A stretch of DNA of 64,000 bases from Candidatus Gottesmanbacteria bacterium (GTDB taxonomy: Bacteria > Patescibacteriota > Microgenomatia > UBA10105 > UBA927), in the NCBI GenBank assembly GCA_030679255.1, contig JAUXTO010000013.1, positions 84,383-148,382 on the forward strand. Direction: 5' to 3'. The notes beneath the pieces are model-generated. The model ran no database searches, was not told where the DNA came from, and saw nothing but the letters and a program-made list of their open reading frames with translations. The position numbers and the translations under genes are program-made. This document shows positions 10,120 through 20,939 of this stretch, in pieces; the stretch's first letter is position 1, and each line of letters opens with the position of its first letter.

Positions 10120-11844
10120 ATGAACAAACTTTGGAAACTGCTGGAAAAGCATATCGTTCTGATCAGTATCATTGCGCTTGCATCAGTCTTACGATTTATC
10201 CATCTCGATAAAATTCCAGCTGCAATCAGTGGCGATGAACTTCTTTATACAATAACGGCAAAATCTATATACCTGACGGGGCACGATATATCCGGTACGT
10301 GGAATCCGTTATCTGTGTTTGCATTCCAATATCCGCCGGGCGAACACCAGGCGGAACTCCCCTATTTTATCCACCTTCTGTTTAGTGGTCCTTTTCCATT
10401 TTCACTTCTCATGTCCAAACTTCCATTTGCTTTATTGAGCATCGGAATAGTGATACTCCTGTATAAAATCGCGGAAGTATTATTTGGAACAAAAGTTGCC
10501 CAATGTACGGGTTTTATTGCCGCGATCAATCCATGGCTGGTGGTCATGGGCAGAACCGGCTATGAATCCACACCAGCAACCTTTTTTTACCTTCTTTCGC
10601 TTTATATGTTACTCACAATCCATTCTTGGAAAATTCTATGGAGTCTCATGCCCTTTTTTCTGGCATTTTACTCCTATATTGGTACAAAACTCATCTTCAT
10701 TCCTTTTGTTCTCACTGCGCTACTTCTGGCGTATGAGACGAATAACCACCGATTCCGAAAAATGTATGGAGTGTTACTTTTCATTTGCTTTATCTTTATG
10801 ACTTGGTTCCTGTTTCTCATACATAATGCATCCGGTGGATCCAGAATTTCAGAGCTCTTTTTTCCAAACTCTCCCCAAGTAAGCTCTGAAGTTGATTCCT
10901 TGAGAAAATTATCCATACAGACTCCGATTCTTTCAGGAGTGATAAATAAATATACAGTTTATTTCCAAATGATCACTGCTAAATTATTGAGAGTATTTTC
11001 ACCGTCCTATCTATTTATTGAGGGAGATCAATTCTTCTTACCTGTGAAACAAAGCTTTTTCTATATCATAGATGCTTTATTTGTTTTGCTCGGATCATTA
11101 TTCCTATTTTCAAAAAATAAACGGAAATGTATCATTGTCATTCTATTTATTCTCATTGGTACCTTTCCCCATATTTTTCATAAAACTTCCGGAGATTTCT
11201 CCGGCCACCTTGCGCTCATGTTTCCTTTTATTATTCTTCTGATTGGATTTGGGATATCAAACGCCATCGAACATGTATCCCATAACCATACATCCATGGC
11301 TACCCTGATCGTTGTGCTTCTTTATGCATCCAGTCTAAGCGGCTTTAGTATTAACTATTTTTATCAGTATCCACTCGTAGGGGCAGGAGATTTTCACATG
11401 AGAGTATTGTCACGGTATCTGAATATGCTCAAAGACGACAACACTTCTGTGACTGTGTATTCGACAACAAGTAGAGACCTGCTGAAAAAATATCTTTTTT
11501 ACACCAACAGTATGTCCCGTGCTACTATGCCCGAGATGAAACGTATATTTTCAAATGAAGCACAAATTAAATTTCAAAATATCCGATTGGTTTCCTGTGA
11601 CGATTCAGTAAAATCTCTCACAGACCACAATCTGGTTATTTATGACGAGAAATGCGGTATGAACATAGACTCGCCTTCCATACAAATTTCACGGCTTACT
11701 GATGCAGGAGCAATATATAAAATATTTAATGATACTCTTTGTGCTCAATTCAAACTAAATCCATATCCCACAAGAGTACAAATATCAGACTTTAACGTTG
11801 AGGGGTTATCAACGGAACGCTATTGTAAAACCTACTTTAATTAG
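10120..11844 (+). CDS. GT-C membrane glycosyltransferase (ArnT/PMT-like)
   Basis: 574 aa. The N-terminal transmembrane segment is followed by a loop carrying the ISGDELLYTITAKSIY acidic motif, then multiple transmembrane segments. This is the only plus-strand gene in the 10-54 kb block. Confidence 0.6.
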   Translation: MNKLWKLLEKHIVLISIIALASVLRFIHLDKIPAAISGDELLYTITAKSIYLTGHDISGTWNPLSVFAFQYPPGEHQAELPYFIHLLFSGPFPFSLLMSKLPFALLSIGIVILLYKIAEVLFGTKVAQCTGFIAAINPWLVVMGRTGYESTPATFFYLLSLYMLLTIHSWKILWSLMPFFLAFYSYIGTKLIFIPFVLTALLLAYETNNHRFRKMYGVLLFICFIFMTWFLFLIHNASGGSRISELFFPNSPQVSSEVDSLRKLSIQTPILSGVINKYTVYFQMITAKLLRVFSPSYLFIEGDQFFLPVKQSFFYIIDALFVLLGSLFLFSKNKRKCIIVILFILIGTFPHIFHKTSGDFSGHLALMFPFIILLIGFGISNAIEHVSHNHTSMATLIVVLLYASSLSGFSINYFYQYPLVGAGDFHMRVLSRYLNMLKDDNTSVTVYSTTSRDLLKKYLFYTNSMSRATMPEMKRIFSNEAQIKFQNIRLVSCDDSVKSLTDHNLVIYDEKCGMNIDSPSIQISRLTDAGAIYKIFNDTLCAQFKLNPYPTRVQISDFNVEGLSTERYCKTYFN

Positions 11845-13544
11845 TGTAAATAAGGCACATTCCCGGCTTCGTTCCAATTCTTTTTAGATATTTCAGCGCT
11901 TATGACATACGCCGTCTCCCCCGTCGGATAGGGAATAGCAACCAACTCCACGGCTCCAGGGAGAACTTCCGTTGGAGATCCTACGTATAACACGCGCGGG
12001 TCGAGCGGAACTCCGGTGTTCATATATGTATGAAACTCATATTTATCAAATGCATTTCTCTCTTCATCAAATTTCCCGGATTTGGTTCCCCCGGAAGCGA
12101 GATATTTCGCCGGATCGTACTTCAGATAATAAAGAAAGAATATGTATGGCTGATCCAGGGACGTTGACACAATAATCTTATCAAATTTATCCTGCATGAG
12201 CTTAACCGCGCCTACAGCCTGCTCATGACCGTATTGCCATTCAGAGGCATACTCAACGGGCATATGAATATAGTATTGATGCAGATAAAATAATCCGGAG
12301 AATACTATAATTGCAACTCCGATACCCACTGATGGTATTCGAAACGTTGCTTTCATTGATTCTAACTTCCTATACAGCTCAAACAATCCAATTGCAACAA
12401 ATATCTGTAGTGTGGGTAAAAAAACCAATGTCCGGACTGGATGAGGCAACATCCTAGTAGGAGAGGCAGCAATGGGAGCTGCAAAAAACCATAAAAATAA
12501 TATATATTTACTTTTTCCTTTTTTATTGGCCACGGCAAAAAGCCCATAGAGCAAAACGGGAAGCTCCCATAGATACATAAGACCGAACCCGGGTACATGG
12601 TATTTTCCCTGAACTATTTCTGAAAAAAAGAAATTTGGATCAAAATGAGATAAATAACCCTTTAGAAGGGTTGGAATATCTGCAAACCGCCTGTTATGAA
12701 CAATGGCAGGAAATGGTATCCCCAACGTCTCATCTGTCTGTCTCCAAGATATTGTTCGATTCAGTGGGCCCACATCTCCTAAAGCACTCACTCCACGGGC
12801 TCTCACAAGTCCTTCCGGCGACAGAGACAACTTTAATAGAGGCGTACATAATAGAATAAATACAATTATACCGGCAATAAAATATTTTTTTTGCTGAATA
12901 ATTTCCCGGTAATTAATAACGAAATATCCAACTATAAATATCGGTATAAATACTCGAGAGCTATGATACGACCATACCGATAACGCGAGAATAAAAAATG
13001 CCGGAATATAAAAAATGTTTTTTTTCAATGCTTTTAACAGCAACATGATACCAAAAACAGTAAAAAATACTGCTATATTTGCTTCATAAGCAGAACGGGA
13101 AAATTGCAGATGCCAAGGGGAAATAGCGAGAAGAAAACTTGCAATGAGTCCAATAGATGCGCTTGCAAATAAACTTTCTACCAATACGTACGTAAGATAT
13201 ACGGTTACCGTGCCCAGAACCGCTGATGGTAACCGCACGCTAAAATCGTTTAATCCAAACATTGCGATGCTCGGTACGGTCAGGTAGATATACACGGGCA
13301 TTTTAAAATCATCAAACGACTGAAAGAGAAGTGGAAATTTTTTCCCATATTCATCTTTTCCGGTTTTCAAAATTGAATAAGCATTGTATCCGATTGCCAC
13401 CTCATCCGCATTGAGGCTCGTCGGAACAATACCTAACTTATAGAATCTCAACGTCGCCGCAATAAACAGAATGATCGTTACGGCAATAATTTTTTTATAG
13501 ACTCCCATATTTGTATTATATTTTCTTTTTCCTCGCAATAACAA
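11841..13544 (-). CDS. GT-C membrane glycosyltransferase, GT39/PMT_2 (ArnT-like) family paralog
   Basis: LNADEVAIGYNAYSILKTGKDEYGKKFPLLFQSFDDFKMPVYIYLTVPSIAMFGLNDFSVRLPSAV is highly similar to the genes at 527 and 2164. The start is probably the internal Met at about 13508 (MGVYKKIIAV), which avoids overlap with the methyltransferase. Confidence 0.7.
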   Translation of the reverse strand: MLLRGKRKYNTNMGVYKKIIAVTIILFIAATLRFYKLGIVPTSLNADEVAIGYNAYSILKTGKDEYGKKFPLLFQSFDDFKMPVYIYLTVPSIAMFGLNDFSVRLPSAVLGTVTVYLTYVLVESLFASASIGLIASFLLAISPWHLQFSRSAYEANIAVFFTVFGIMLLLKALKKNIFYIPAFFILALSVWSYHSSRVFIPIFIVGYFVINYREIIQQKKYFIAGIIVFILLCTPLLKLSLSPEGLVRARGVSALGDVGPLNRTISWRQTDETLGIPFPAIVHNRRFADIPTLLKGYLSHFDPNFFFSEIVQGKYHVPGFGLMYLWELPVLLYGLFAVANKKGKSKYILFLWFFAAPIAASPTRMLPHPVRTLVFLPTLQIFVAIGLFELYRKLESMKATFRIPSVGIGVAIIVFSGLFYLHQYYIHMPVEYASEWQYGHEQAVGAVKLMQDKFDKIIVSTSLDQPYIFFLYYLKYDPAKYLASGGTKSGKFDEERNAFDKYEFHTYMNTGVPLDPRVLYVGSPTEVLPGAVELVAIPYPTGETAYVISAEISKKNWNEAGNVPYLH

Positions 13545-14391
13545 CCATATTGTCTCTCACAGGCAAATAAAGTGGCAATTCTCCCAGCCGTAATATATTC
13601 ACAAATCGATAAAGATATTCCGCAATTTTACTTTCCCCACCAGTACGGGCCAGATGTAATACGTATCGCAAACTTAACCACTTCCCGATTCTCGTCCAGA
13701 GAACGGGTTCAAATCCTTTTTTCCGAAGCAACGTCGCCATATTTACACGATTAAAATAATGAATATGTTGTGGCGGACTAAAAAAAGTCCATCTTCTCCC
13801 CAAAATCTTTGCAAATATACTCGCCGTATCTCCAGTTGCGATGACGACGATACCATCATCTTTAAGCAAGGCATGCACTGTCTCCAAATCTTTTCCGGGA
13901 TCCGACAAATGTTCAAAAACATCAAACATCGTCACAACATCAAATGATTTCGGACGTTTGGAAACGTCAGAAAGGACGCATTTTTCTATGAGCGAAGAAC
14001 CTACCAACTTCTTTGCCTTTTTAATCGCGTAATCAGAAGGATCGATACCATGCGCATCATACCCTTGCCTTTGCGAAAGCTCAACAAAAAATCCTAATGC
14101 GCATCCCACATCCAAAAGCTTCCCATCAGGTTTAAATCCACTAATCAACCGTAAAAACTTACGCATGTTCGCTTGTATATACGGCTTATCATGTTCATAA
14201 TTTTCATAAGCAGCCCGGGACTGATCACCTGTGAAATACTCTTTACGATAATACCGATCCACGAATGAACGATACTCCTCGTCCATTGATAAACAAATAT
14301 GTCCGCAAAGCGTACAACGCTGTAACACGTAATTATTCTTAAGTAAATATGGCTTGAGACCTCCCCCACAAATTATGCATGATGCGGACAT
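13516..14391 (-). CDS. class I SAM-dependent methyltransferase with N-terminal zinc-ribbon
   Basis: CIICGG...CTLCGH gives two CxxC pairs, followed by the LLDVGCALGFF SAM-binding motif I and DVVTMFDVFEHL motif. Given the context it is a likely sugar or glycan O- or C-methyltransferase. Confidence 0.7.
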   Translation of the reverse strand: MSASCIICGGGLKPYLLKNNYVLQRCTLCGHICLSMDEEYRSFVDRYYRKEYFTGDQSRAAYENYEHDKPYIQANMRKFLRLISGFKPDGKLLDVGCALGFFVELSQRQGYDAHGIDPSDYAIKKAKKLVGSSLIEKCVLSDVSKRPKSFDVVTMFDVFEHLSDPGKDLETVHALLKDDGIVVIATGDTASIFAKILGRRWTFFSPPQHIHYFNRVNMATLLRKKGFEPVLWTRIGKWLSLRYVLHLARTGGESKIAEYLYRFVNILRLGELPLYLPVRDNMVVIARKKKI

Positions 14392-14406
14392 AATGCCTCC
14401 CAGAAT

Positions 14407-15315
14407 TTATTGTAACGGTACCGACAAATCATCTATTCGACAAATTTGACAATAACGAATTCTGGAAACCAAAACATGAGGAATATACACAAATGCCCAT
14501 ACAAAACCCACTACCATAGCCGCGTCTCTTCGTATAATCGCCTGTACAATCCTTATAGGAGTCCAAATAAGATGTGCCAACCATAAATGAACATTCGATA
14601 AATTTTTCCAAATAAACAAAAATTGATTCCTGTATGCTATGATATTCACCTGTAACGATGAATATCCTTGTTTGATCGCCCCCTTTGCATGTTCATGAGT
14701 AACCACAGATTTAGGTTCAAATACCAAACCATATCCTGACTTTAAGGCCCGATACGAAAGATCAATGTCCTCCCAATAAAATGGACTGAATATCTCATCC
14801 ATACCACCGAGTTTTTCCCAAATTGACTTACGAAATGCTCCACTGCCACCTGAAACCCAAGCAGTAATGGTAGTATCGACTTTTCCTCGCGAGTGGATGA
14901 AAAACCCTTTCTCCCATTTGGCTTCCCCTCTCCCCCGAAAAACCGTTATTTTTTCTTCAATACTATTTTCTATGCAGCCAACGGCAAAAACTGACGGAGT
15001 ATCAAAATGTTTTAATAGTGGAGTAAGAAAGTCCTTTTCCGGCCGCACATCAGTATTGAGGAGTACGACAATCTCTCCGACGGCCTCCCGTACTCCCATA
15101 TTTACCGAACTGGCAAACCCGTCGTTGTGCGTTTTTTTAATAATCTTCACGGTAGGAAATTTCTTGACGAGAAAATCGACAGACGCATCCGTCGATGCAT
15201 CATCAACGACGATGATTTCGCTACCACCGACTGCAGCAAGCACAAATGGTAAATTTTTTTGGAGTAATTCTGCCCCATTTCTATTAGGAATAATAATGCT
15301 GACCTTATAATGCAT
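14407..15315 (-). CDS. glycosyltransferase family 2
   Basis: VSIIIPNRNGAELL...IIVVDDASTDAS...NDGFASSVNMG...LLNTDV are GT2 motifs. The start is taken as MHYKV at about 15315 to avoid a 110 nt overlap with the YfhO gene. Confidence 0.7.
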   Translation of the reverse strand: MHYKVSIIIPNRNGAELLQKNLPFVLAAVGGSEIIVVDDASTDASVDFLVKKFPTVKIIKKTHNDGFASSVNMGVREAVGEIVVLLNTDVRPEKDFLTPLLKHFDTPSVFAVGCIENSIEEKITVFRGRGEAKWEKGFFIHSRGKVDTTITAWVSGGSGAFRKSIWEKLGGMDEIFSPFYWEDIDLSYRALKSGYGLVFEPKSVVTHEHAKGAIKQGYSSLQVNIIAYRNQFLFIWKNLSNVHLWLAHLIWTPIRIVQAIIRRDAAMVVGFVWAFVYIPHVLVSRIRYCQICRIDDLSVPLQ

Positions 15316-17590
15316 ACGAAAATAGTACTGTATGTGTGCCGGCCGGTACCACGATACCCTGAAAAGCATAATTTGTCCGGTATATCTGGGTTTTTTTGCC
15401 ATCAATCGCCGCACGCCAACCCGGGTGATAGGTATTGCTCACCACGAGTAATCTCGGTACGGAAAACGATGTATCAATGTTCAGCCTGTTCGATTGATAT
15501 GTTTTCAATGATACGTATTCTTCGCTTCTCATAGGAACGGAAAGAACAGATACATCTCCTTCAACCACCGCCTCGCGCCGAACATCCTTCACGGCATACA
15601 GCGCTTTTATCGTTTCCTCTTTTCCGCTCGTCCTGATCGTCTTCTCCACCGCCCAAACGCGCGGAAACAATCGGCTGTCTTCATACACTCTCGTCTCTCC
15701 CTCCACAAATACTTTCTTTAAGAATGGCTCGGAGAGATCGGTAAGCGATAGAATATATTTCACATTTACGATCGGAAGTAATGATGAATGCAAAGACGCG
15801 AGCGTAATAATTCTATTAAATCCAAAAGGGGGCGACACATCCGGTTTACCCCGGGCAATTGCCGCCATAAACTCCTCATAACGCGATCCAATGATCGGAT
15901 CATACCCCTCTATGGATTCTATACCAAAATAGCTTGCCGTATTTGGGGGAAGGATTCGTTTATCGACACTCATTATTCGAAACGGGCGTGGCTGTTGTTT
16001 TAGAAATGATAGAATCTTCGTTTCCGGAAAAAAGTATTCTCGCGGGGTAAACGGCGTAAACTTCCACCCGAACCGAAGTAAATCTACCGCGACCAACCCC
16101 ACGAAACTCCATGCGAGTATGTTTCTTAAAGAGACAATACGGTGCAAACGGTGGTACAAGATAAACAATGCTGCAGCAACTATGAACAAAACAGTCGGTA
16201 AGACGAGATTGCGCATGCTCACCTGAAGAGATCCGGAGATCGAAACTACCCAAAGAATAGCAAGTATTCCCCCAAGGGAACACAGGGACCATATCCAACG
16301 ACGTCGTTTCGTATTTTCAAGAAACTCATGACAACCGTACGCGGCTAGCACAGCAAGAGCGAAATCTACGATAAACAAGAGCCTCGTGGGTTGAAGTGAG
16401 GAGAGTATGGGGACTTTCAGGATAAACGGCAAGGCCGAAATAGGTGTTGGAAGAGCAAAAAGCAAAGCGGCTGCACTTATCCAAATCCAAAACCGGTGTT
16501 TCTTGAATGAAGGTGAAAAAATAGCGATGAATGCAAACACCAATGGCAATATACCTATATAGCCCACAAATTCTCCATAATTCCACTGACCCCAGTAGTT
16601 GAGCGTCGTCGGATTACCGAAAAAATCCGGTGCCACGAACTGTACAAGATGTGCCCATGGTATTAACCATCCTTCCTTATTCCAGGCCGCACTATCGAAA
16701 ACACGGCTACTCTGCTGAGTCCAATCCAAAAATGGAATCCATTGAACGGCCGTGAGTATCGCCACCAAGCTTAATAAAAAAATGAACACGAACACTGACT
16801 TTTTTTGCTCTTTCGCTTGAAAAATCCGCATCACACCGTAGGCGATAACCACAAGAATAAAATAAAGTGAAATTTGTGCGTGTCCCGCAAAGAATTGAAA
16901 AACTAAGCTTACTATAAAGACCATCGACCAAAAAATTGATTCCCGCTGGAGTTTACCCCGCCTTTGGCGGGACGGGAATGACATCCCTGCTAGAAGCATT
17001 CTGTCTATAGAAAGGAGTGCTAGCGGCAGCCAGAGAGCTACGTGACCAATGGTCCCCCACGTAAACCAAGCGACATTAAATCCCGAAAAACTCCAGGCTA
17101 TGGCTCCCAAGAGACTTGCAATAGACCGCAAGGCAAGCGACCGGAGATACCAATACATGAAAAGTCCTGCAAGCAACGGCTGGAGCATGATGAGCATCGC
17201 CCATGCATCAATAAACGGGAATACTAAAAAAAGGATATTTAAAGGGTACAAAGCAGCCGCTTGAATATTGGTAAGGATCGGAGCTCCGGAAAAGTTATAT
17301 GGATTCCATAGTGGGATTTCCCCCTGCTTCCATTGATCAATGGCAATTTTTCTCCATGGAATCTGCTGCCGAACGGGATCAGTAATCAGAAAATTTTTGA
17401 ATGGAACCCCCCGGGGATTCGTATCACTGTAGAGATCCCGCCATGGATGATAAAGTCCGACCAGTGTATCAGAAGGGACCGGCAATTTACCTTCAAAAAA
17501 TACTGGTGAAAAAAATACGGTCACGACGAACAAAAGGGCTGCAACCGCAAACACCTCGCCAACCCAAGCGTGGAATGATTTACGCCTCAT
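15305..17590 (-). CDS. YfhO-family membrane protein
   Basis: 761 aa with IPLWNPYNFSGAPILTNIQAAALYPLNILF and many transmembrane segments. Confidence 0.7.
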   Translation of the reverse strand: MRRKSFHAWVGEVFAVAALLFVVTVFFSPVFFEGKLPVPSDTLVGLYHPWRDLYSDTNPRGVPFKNFLITDPVRQQIPWRKIAIDQWKQGEIPLWNPYNFSGAPILTNIQAAALYPLNILFLVFPFIDAWAMLIMLQPLLAGLFMYWYLRSLALRSIASLLGAIAWSFSGFNVAWFTWGTIGHVALWLPLALLSIDRMLLAGMSFPSRQRRGKLQRESIFWSMVFIVSLVFQFFAGHAQISLYFILVVIAYGVMRIFQAKEQKKSVFVFIFLLSLVAILTAVQWIPFLDWTQQSSRVFDSAAWNKEGWLIPWAHLVQFVAPDFFGNPTTLNYWGQWNYGEFVGYIGILPLVFAFIAIFSPSFKKHRFWIWISAAALLFALPTPISALPFILKVPILSSLQPTRLLFIVDFALAVLAAYGCHEFLENTKRRRWIWSLCSLGGILAILWVVSISGSLQVSMRNLVLPTVLFIVAAALFILYHRLHRIVSLRNILAWSFVGLVAVDLLRFGWKFTPFTPREYFFPETKILSFLKQQPRPFRIMSVDKRILPPNTASYFGIESIEGYDPIIGSRYEEFMAAIARGKPDVSPPFGFNRIITLASLHSSLLPIVNVKYILSLTDLSEPFLKKVFVEGETRVYEDSRLFPRVWAVEKTIRTSGKEETIKALYAVKDVRREAVVEGDVSVLSVPMRSEEYVSLKTYQSNRLNIDTSFSVPRLLVVSNTYHPGWRAAIDGKKTQIYRTNYAFQGIVVPAGTHTVLFSYAL

Positions 17591-18636
17591 AGGGTAATCT
17601 TTGATAGAATCGCATCAAACGAATCACAAAATCGGGAAACAGAAAATTCCTTACTTTTTGCTACAGTATTTTTTTGCATCGTTTCCGCAAGAGTATTATC
17701 CGTCATGAGCAACGTCGTTTTGGCTATCAGATCGCTCCTTGAGGTCCAAAGAAACCCATTCGTTCCATGATCGACAATTTCAGATTGACCCCCACCATGA
17801 AAGACGACTGGAATAACCCCAACTGACATGGCCTCTACCGTAGAAATTCCGAAATGTTCCATGAAACGCGGATCAGATTCTCCAAATCCGGCTGCATGCC
17901 AATATATCCGAGCGCGAAGATAATAATCAGTGAGTTTGTTGAATGAGATATTCGGTTCAAATATAATCGGCAGTCCTCTTGATATATCTTTAAGATGATT
18001 CAAATACCCCTCCTCACCTGGCATCATCCCACCCGCAAACACCAATTTCCATCCGTTCCATTTCTTGATTTTTATTCCTTCAGTAAATGACTCTATAAGG
18101 ACGTGTTGCTTTTTAGCGGTATGTATTCCGGTAAACCGCCCTACTGAAAGTATAATATTTTCTTTTTTTGTACGAGACGTTGGAACCGGGGAAACGGGCG
18201 GATATATGACGCACGCATCGCCACGGATACGTCTATCCAGAGCATCTTTGGTAAATTGAGAATTGCAAACGACCACCTGGTAACGAGTTAGCTTAATGGG
18301 CGAATAGGATATATTCCCAAATGGAGATTGGTAATGGAGAATATTGTATTTGGCAAGCGTGGAAGGAATGCTTCCATCACTCAGGAAAAAAATAAGATCA
18401 TATTGGCGGGTCAACACCAGCTTTTTGAGCACGGAAGTATCCCCAAATATATTCCGGGCAACTTTAATTCTCGAAAGGTCAATATTGAAACGTTTTTGAG
18501 CGTTGCGTAAAATGTCGCTCTGATTCCAAAAAACTGAAACCGAATGCATCTTGGACCAATGGGAGGCAAGGGTAAAAACATACCTCTCGCCGCCGCCAAG
18601 CGTATCTAAATACGGAGAATAGAATCCTATATTCAT
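17587..18636 (-). CDS. glycosyltransferase family 4 (Glycos_transf_1)
   Basis: The C-terminal EHFGISTVEAMSVGVIPVVFHGGGQSEIV segment is the GT4 E-x7-E-type signature. The likely start is MNIGFYSPYL. Confidence 0.7.
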   Translation of the reverse strand: MNIGFYSPYLDTLGGGERYVFTLASHWSKMHSVSVFWNQSDILRNAQKRFNIDLSRIKVARNIFGDTSVLKKLVLTRQYDLIFFLSDGSIPSTLAKYNILHYQSPFGNISYSPIKLTRYQVVVCNSQFTKDALDRRIRGDACVIYPPVSPVPTSRTKKENIILSVGRFTGIHTAKKQHVLIESFTEGIKIKKWNGWKLVFAGGMMPGEEGYLNHLKDISRGLPIIFEPNISFNKLTDYYLRARIYWHAAGFGESDPRFMEHFGISTVEAMSVGVIPVVFHGGGQSEIVDHGTNGFLWTSRSDLIAKTTLLMTDNTLAETMQKNTVAKSKEFSVSRFCDSFDAILSKITL

Positions 18637-20936
18637 ACCTTTTTTATACGGTAGATCATGATCATCATTGATACTCCGCCTATAACCGCAATCCATAATC
18701 CATAAACAAAGCTCTTTGGCCAGTATACCATCCGGATGGTGTGCTCACCCGGAGGCACTCCAACTACCCGGAAATCATAGTCCGCCCGGTCTATTCTTGC
18801 ATCCTCTCCATCAACTGTTGCTTGCCAGCCATTATCATAGACATCAGAAAGAAACAATAATTTCGGCACCGCAGACTTTGATTGCAGCACAATTTCGTTG
18901 GGAGTATATTTTGCAATGTCCACACTTCCTTCTCCCGATTGAGGAATCAGCACCGGTTCACGCTCTAATACAACAGTATCTCTGGGATTAAAATGGTCAG
19001 AATAGAGTGTATCCAGTATGCTTTGATCATTTACTGCAATGCGATAAGAAGAAGCCAAAAAAGCACGAGGCAAGACTTCTGCATTTTCATACACCTGGTA
19101 ATGCTTATTTCTATAGATACTTTGATAATTCGGATAGTTCCAATATGGATATGTCCATGACTGCCGACCGTCACTCAATCGATGTGCCAATAAACGCGTA
19201 CCTAATAGGCGCAATACTTGCTCTGCAAACTTTCCATTTTTTGGAAATTGCACGACCGACCGTTCCGGTGTTGTGAGTGTTCCATCATACGCGAAGCGTA
19301 TAAACTCACCGTACCGCTTTTGATACACCGCATCATACCCTTCTATACCAGCTAGTGAGAATCCATTGGTCACCTCACCTCCAACATTGCCAAAAAATCT
19401 ATCATACCCGATGTTTTTTTTAATAAATAGCAAAATATCCACATCGGGATAGACATACTCCCGCCGTTCAAACGGCATCCACTTTATCGCATACCGAAGC
19501 ATATCCATTGCAGTGATACCAATGCATAAACCTATCAACATTCGCCTCATGAATTTCCACCGCTTGATATACCCAACAATTACGAATAGACAAAAACTCG
19601 CGGAAAGAACTGTTGAAAATATAACGTTCCTCTTTGCAATTAATAGTTTATCCACCGGAAAGGGCCGATAAATGAGAAGAATGCCCCAGATCAAAATAAG
19701 GCAAATACCGATACCGAGTAGAAATGGTGATGAAATATTCTTTTTGTTGGATTCCCAATCTTCTCTCAGCCTGTCCAATCCGAATGCTGCAATGACCACC
19801 AGAGAAAAACTTGTCAATACAATAACACGTGCGGCATAACTCGTTGAGATCGCAGGAATTTTAAGTAATAGCACTAGGTTATTGAGTGGAGAAGGAGTCG
19901 CCATGAATAACGTGATGATAGCTAAGCCTAAAAAAAATGCGATCCCTCTCGTCCGCCGCACAATGGCATAGATGACGAGAAGGAAAGGAATGACCCCAAT
20001 GTAAGATGCCCATTCAGCATAATAGCCAAACCAATCATTGCGGGTTACCGGATTACCAAAAAAATCCGGTGAAAACAATGTCACCAGATAGTTCCACGCA
20101 ATTCCACCAGTCTGGGCAAATAATTCGCTCCGAACTGAATGGCTATATGCTTCCAAAGATAGCAAAATCTGCGGGGAGCTCGCCATGAGACCGATAACAA
20201 CTGCCATACCCAGTTCTACTCCAGCTCTACCGTGCTTCACTTGATATGTTTGATACATAATGTAACTCGATACGGCAATCAACACGTACATGCTAATCTG
20301 AAAATGACCTGAAAAAAATGACCAGGCAACAAAAAATGATATGAATACGAGATTCCACCACGTTCGATTATTGACATGCATGCTCACAAGCGCCATCAAA
20401 AGTGGTAACCATAATATCGCCCAACCGAGCGTCCCATACGCCATCCATACGGTCAAAAATCCGCAAAACATGAATGCTATAGATCCAAGGGTACTCGCCT
20501 CCTGTGACCGCTTGAGACAACGAAGAAAGTAATACATAAAAAATCCAGCTAATAAAGGCTGAAGAAGAATACTCATACTCCACGCATCCATAAATGGTAA
20601 AATACCATAGAGGAGATTAATCGGAGAAAACACTGCTGTTTGATAATTACCTGCATGCGGAGTGCCAGAAAAACTGTACGGATTCCATAATGGGATCTGG
20701 CCCTCTCTCCAACTATCTATCGTAATTTTCTTCCATGGATATATTTGCGAGATAACATCCGGCATTGCATTATTTTTCACCGGCATACCGTATTCAGTGT
20801 TCCAGGGAGGAAAGAATGTAACAAGATAAGAACTTGGAAACGGGACAAGATTCCTCAAAAAATACGGTGAAGAAAAAATAAACCAGACTAAAATGATAAC
20901 TCCAATTGGCCAAGATCGTACTAAAAAATGTTTCAT
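18633..20936 (-). CDS. YfhO-family membrane protein
   Basis: 767 aa with IPLWNPYSFSGTPHAGNYQTAVFSPINLLY. This is the third YfhO paralog in the window. Confidence 0.7.
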   Translation of the reverse strand: MKHFLVRSWPIGVIILVWFIFSSPYFLRNLVPFPSSYLVTFFPPWNTEYGMPVKNNAMPDVISQIYPWKKITIDSWREGQIPLWNPYSFSGTPHAGNYQTAVFSPINLLYGILPFMDAWSMSILLQPLLAGFFMYYFLRCLKRSQEASTLGSIAFMFCGFLTVWMAYGTLGWAILWLPLLMALVSMHVNNRTWWNLVFISFFVAWSFFSGHFQISMYVLIAVSSYIMYQTYQVKHGRAGVELGMAVVIGLMASSPQILLSLEAYSHSVRSELFAQTGGIAWNYLVTLFSPDFFGNPVTRNDWFGYYAEWASYIGVIPFLLVIYAIVRRTRGIAFFLGLAIITLFMATPSPLNNLVLLLKIPAISTSYAARVIVLTSFSLVVIAAFGLDRLREDWESNKKNISSPFLLGIGICLILIWGILLIYRPFPVDKLLIAKRNVIFSTVLSASFCLFVIVGYIKRWKFMRRMLIGLCIGITAMDMLRYAIKWMPFERREYVYPDVDILLFIKKNIGYDRFFGNVGGEVTNGFSLAGIEGYDAVYQKRYGEFIRFAYDGTLTTPERSVVQFPKNGKFAEQVLRLLGTRLLAHRLSDGRQSWTYPYWNYPNYQSIYRNKHYQVYENAEVLPRAFLASSYRIAVNDQSILDTLYSDHFNPRDTVVLEREPVLIPQSGEGSVDIAKYTPNEIVLQSKSAVPKLLFLSDVYDNGWQATVDGEDARIDRADYDFRVVGVPPGEHTIRMVYWPKSFVYGLWIAVIGGVSMMIMIYRIKKV

Positions 20937-20939
20937 TGA

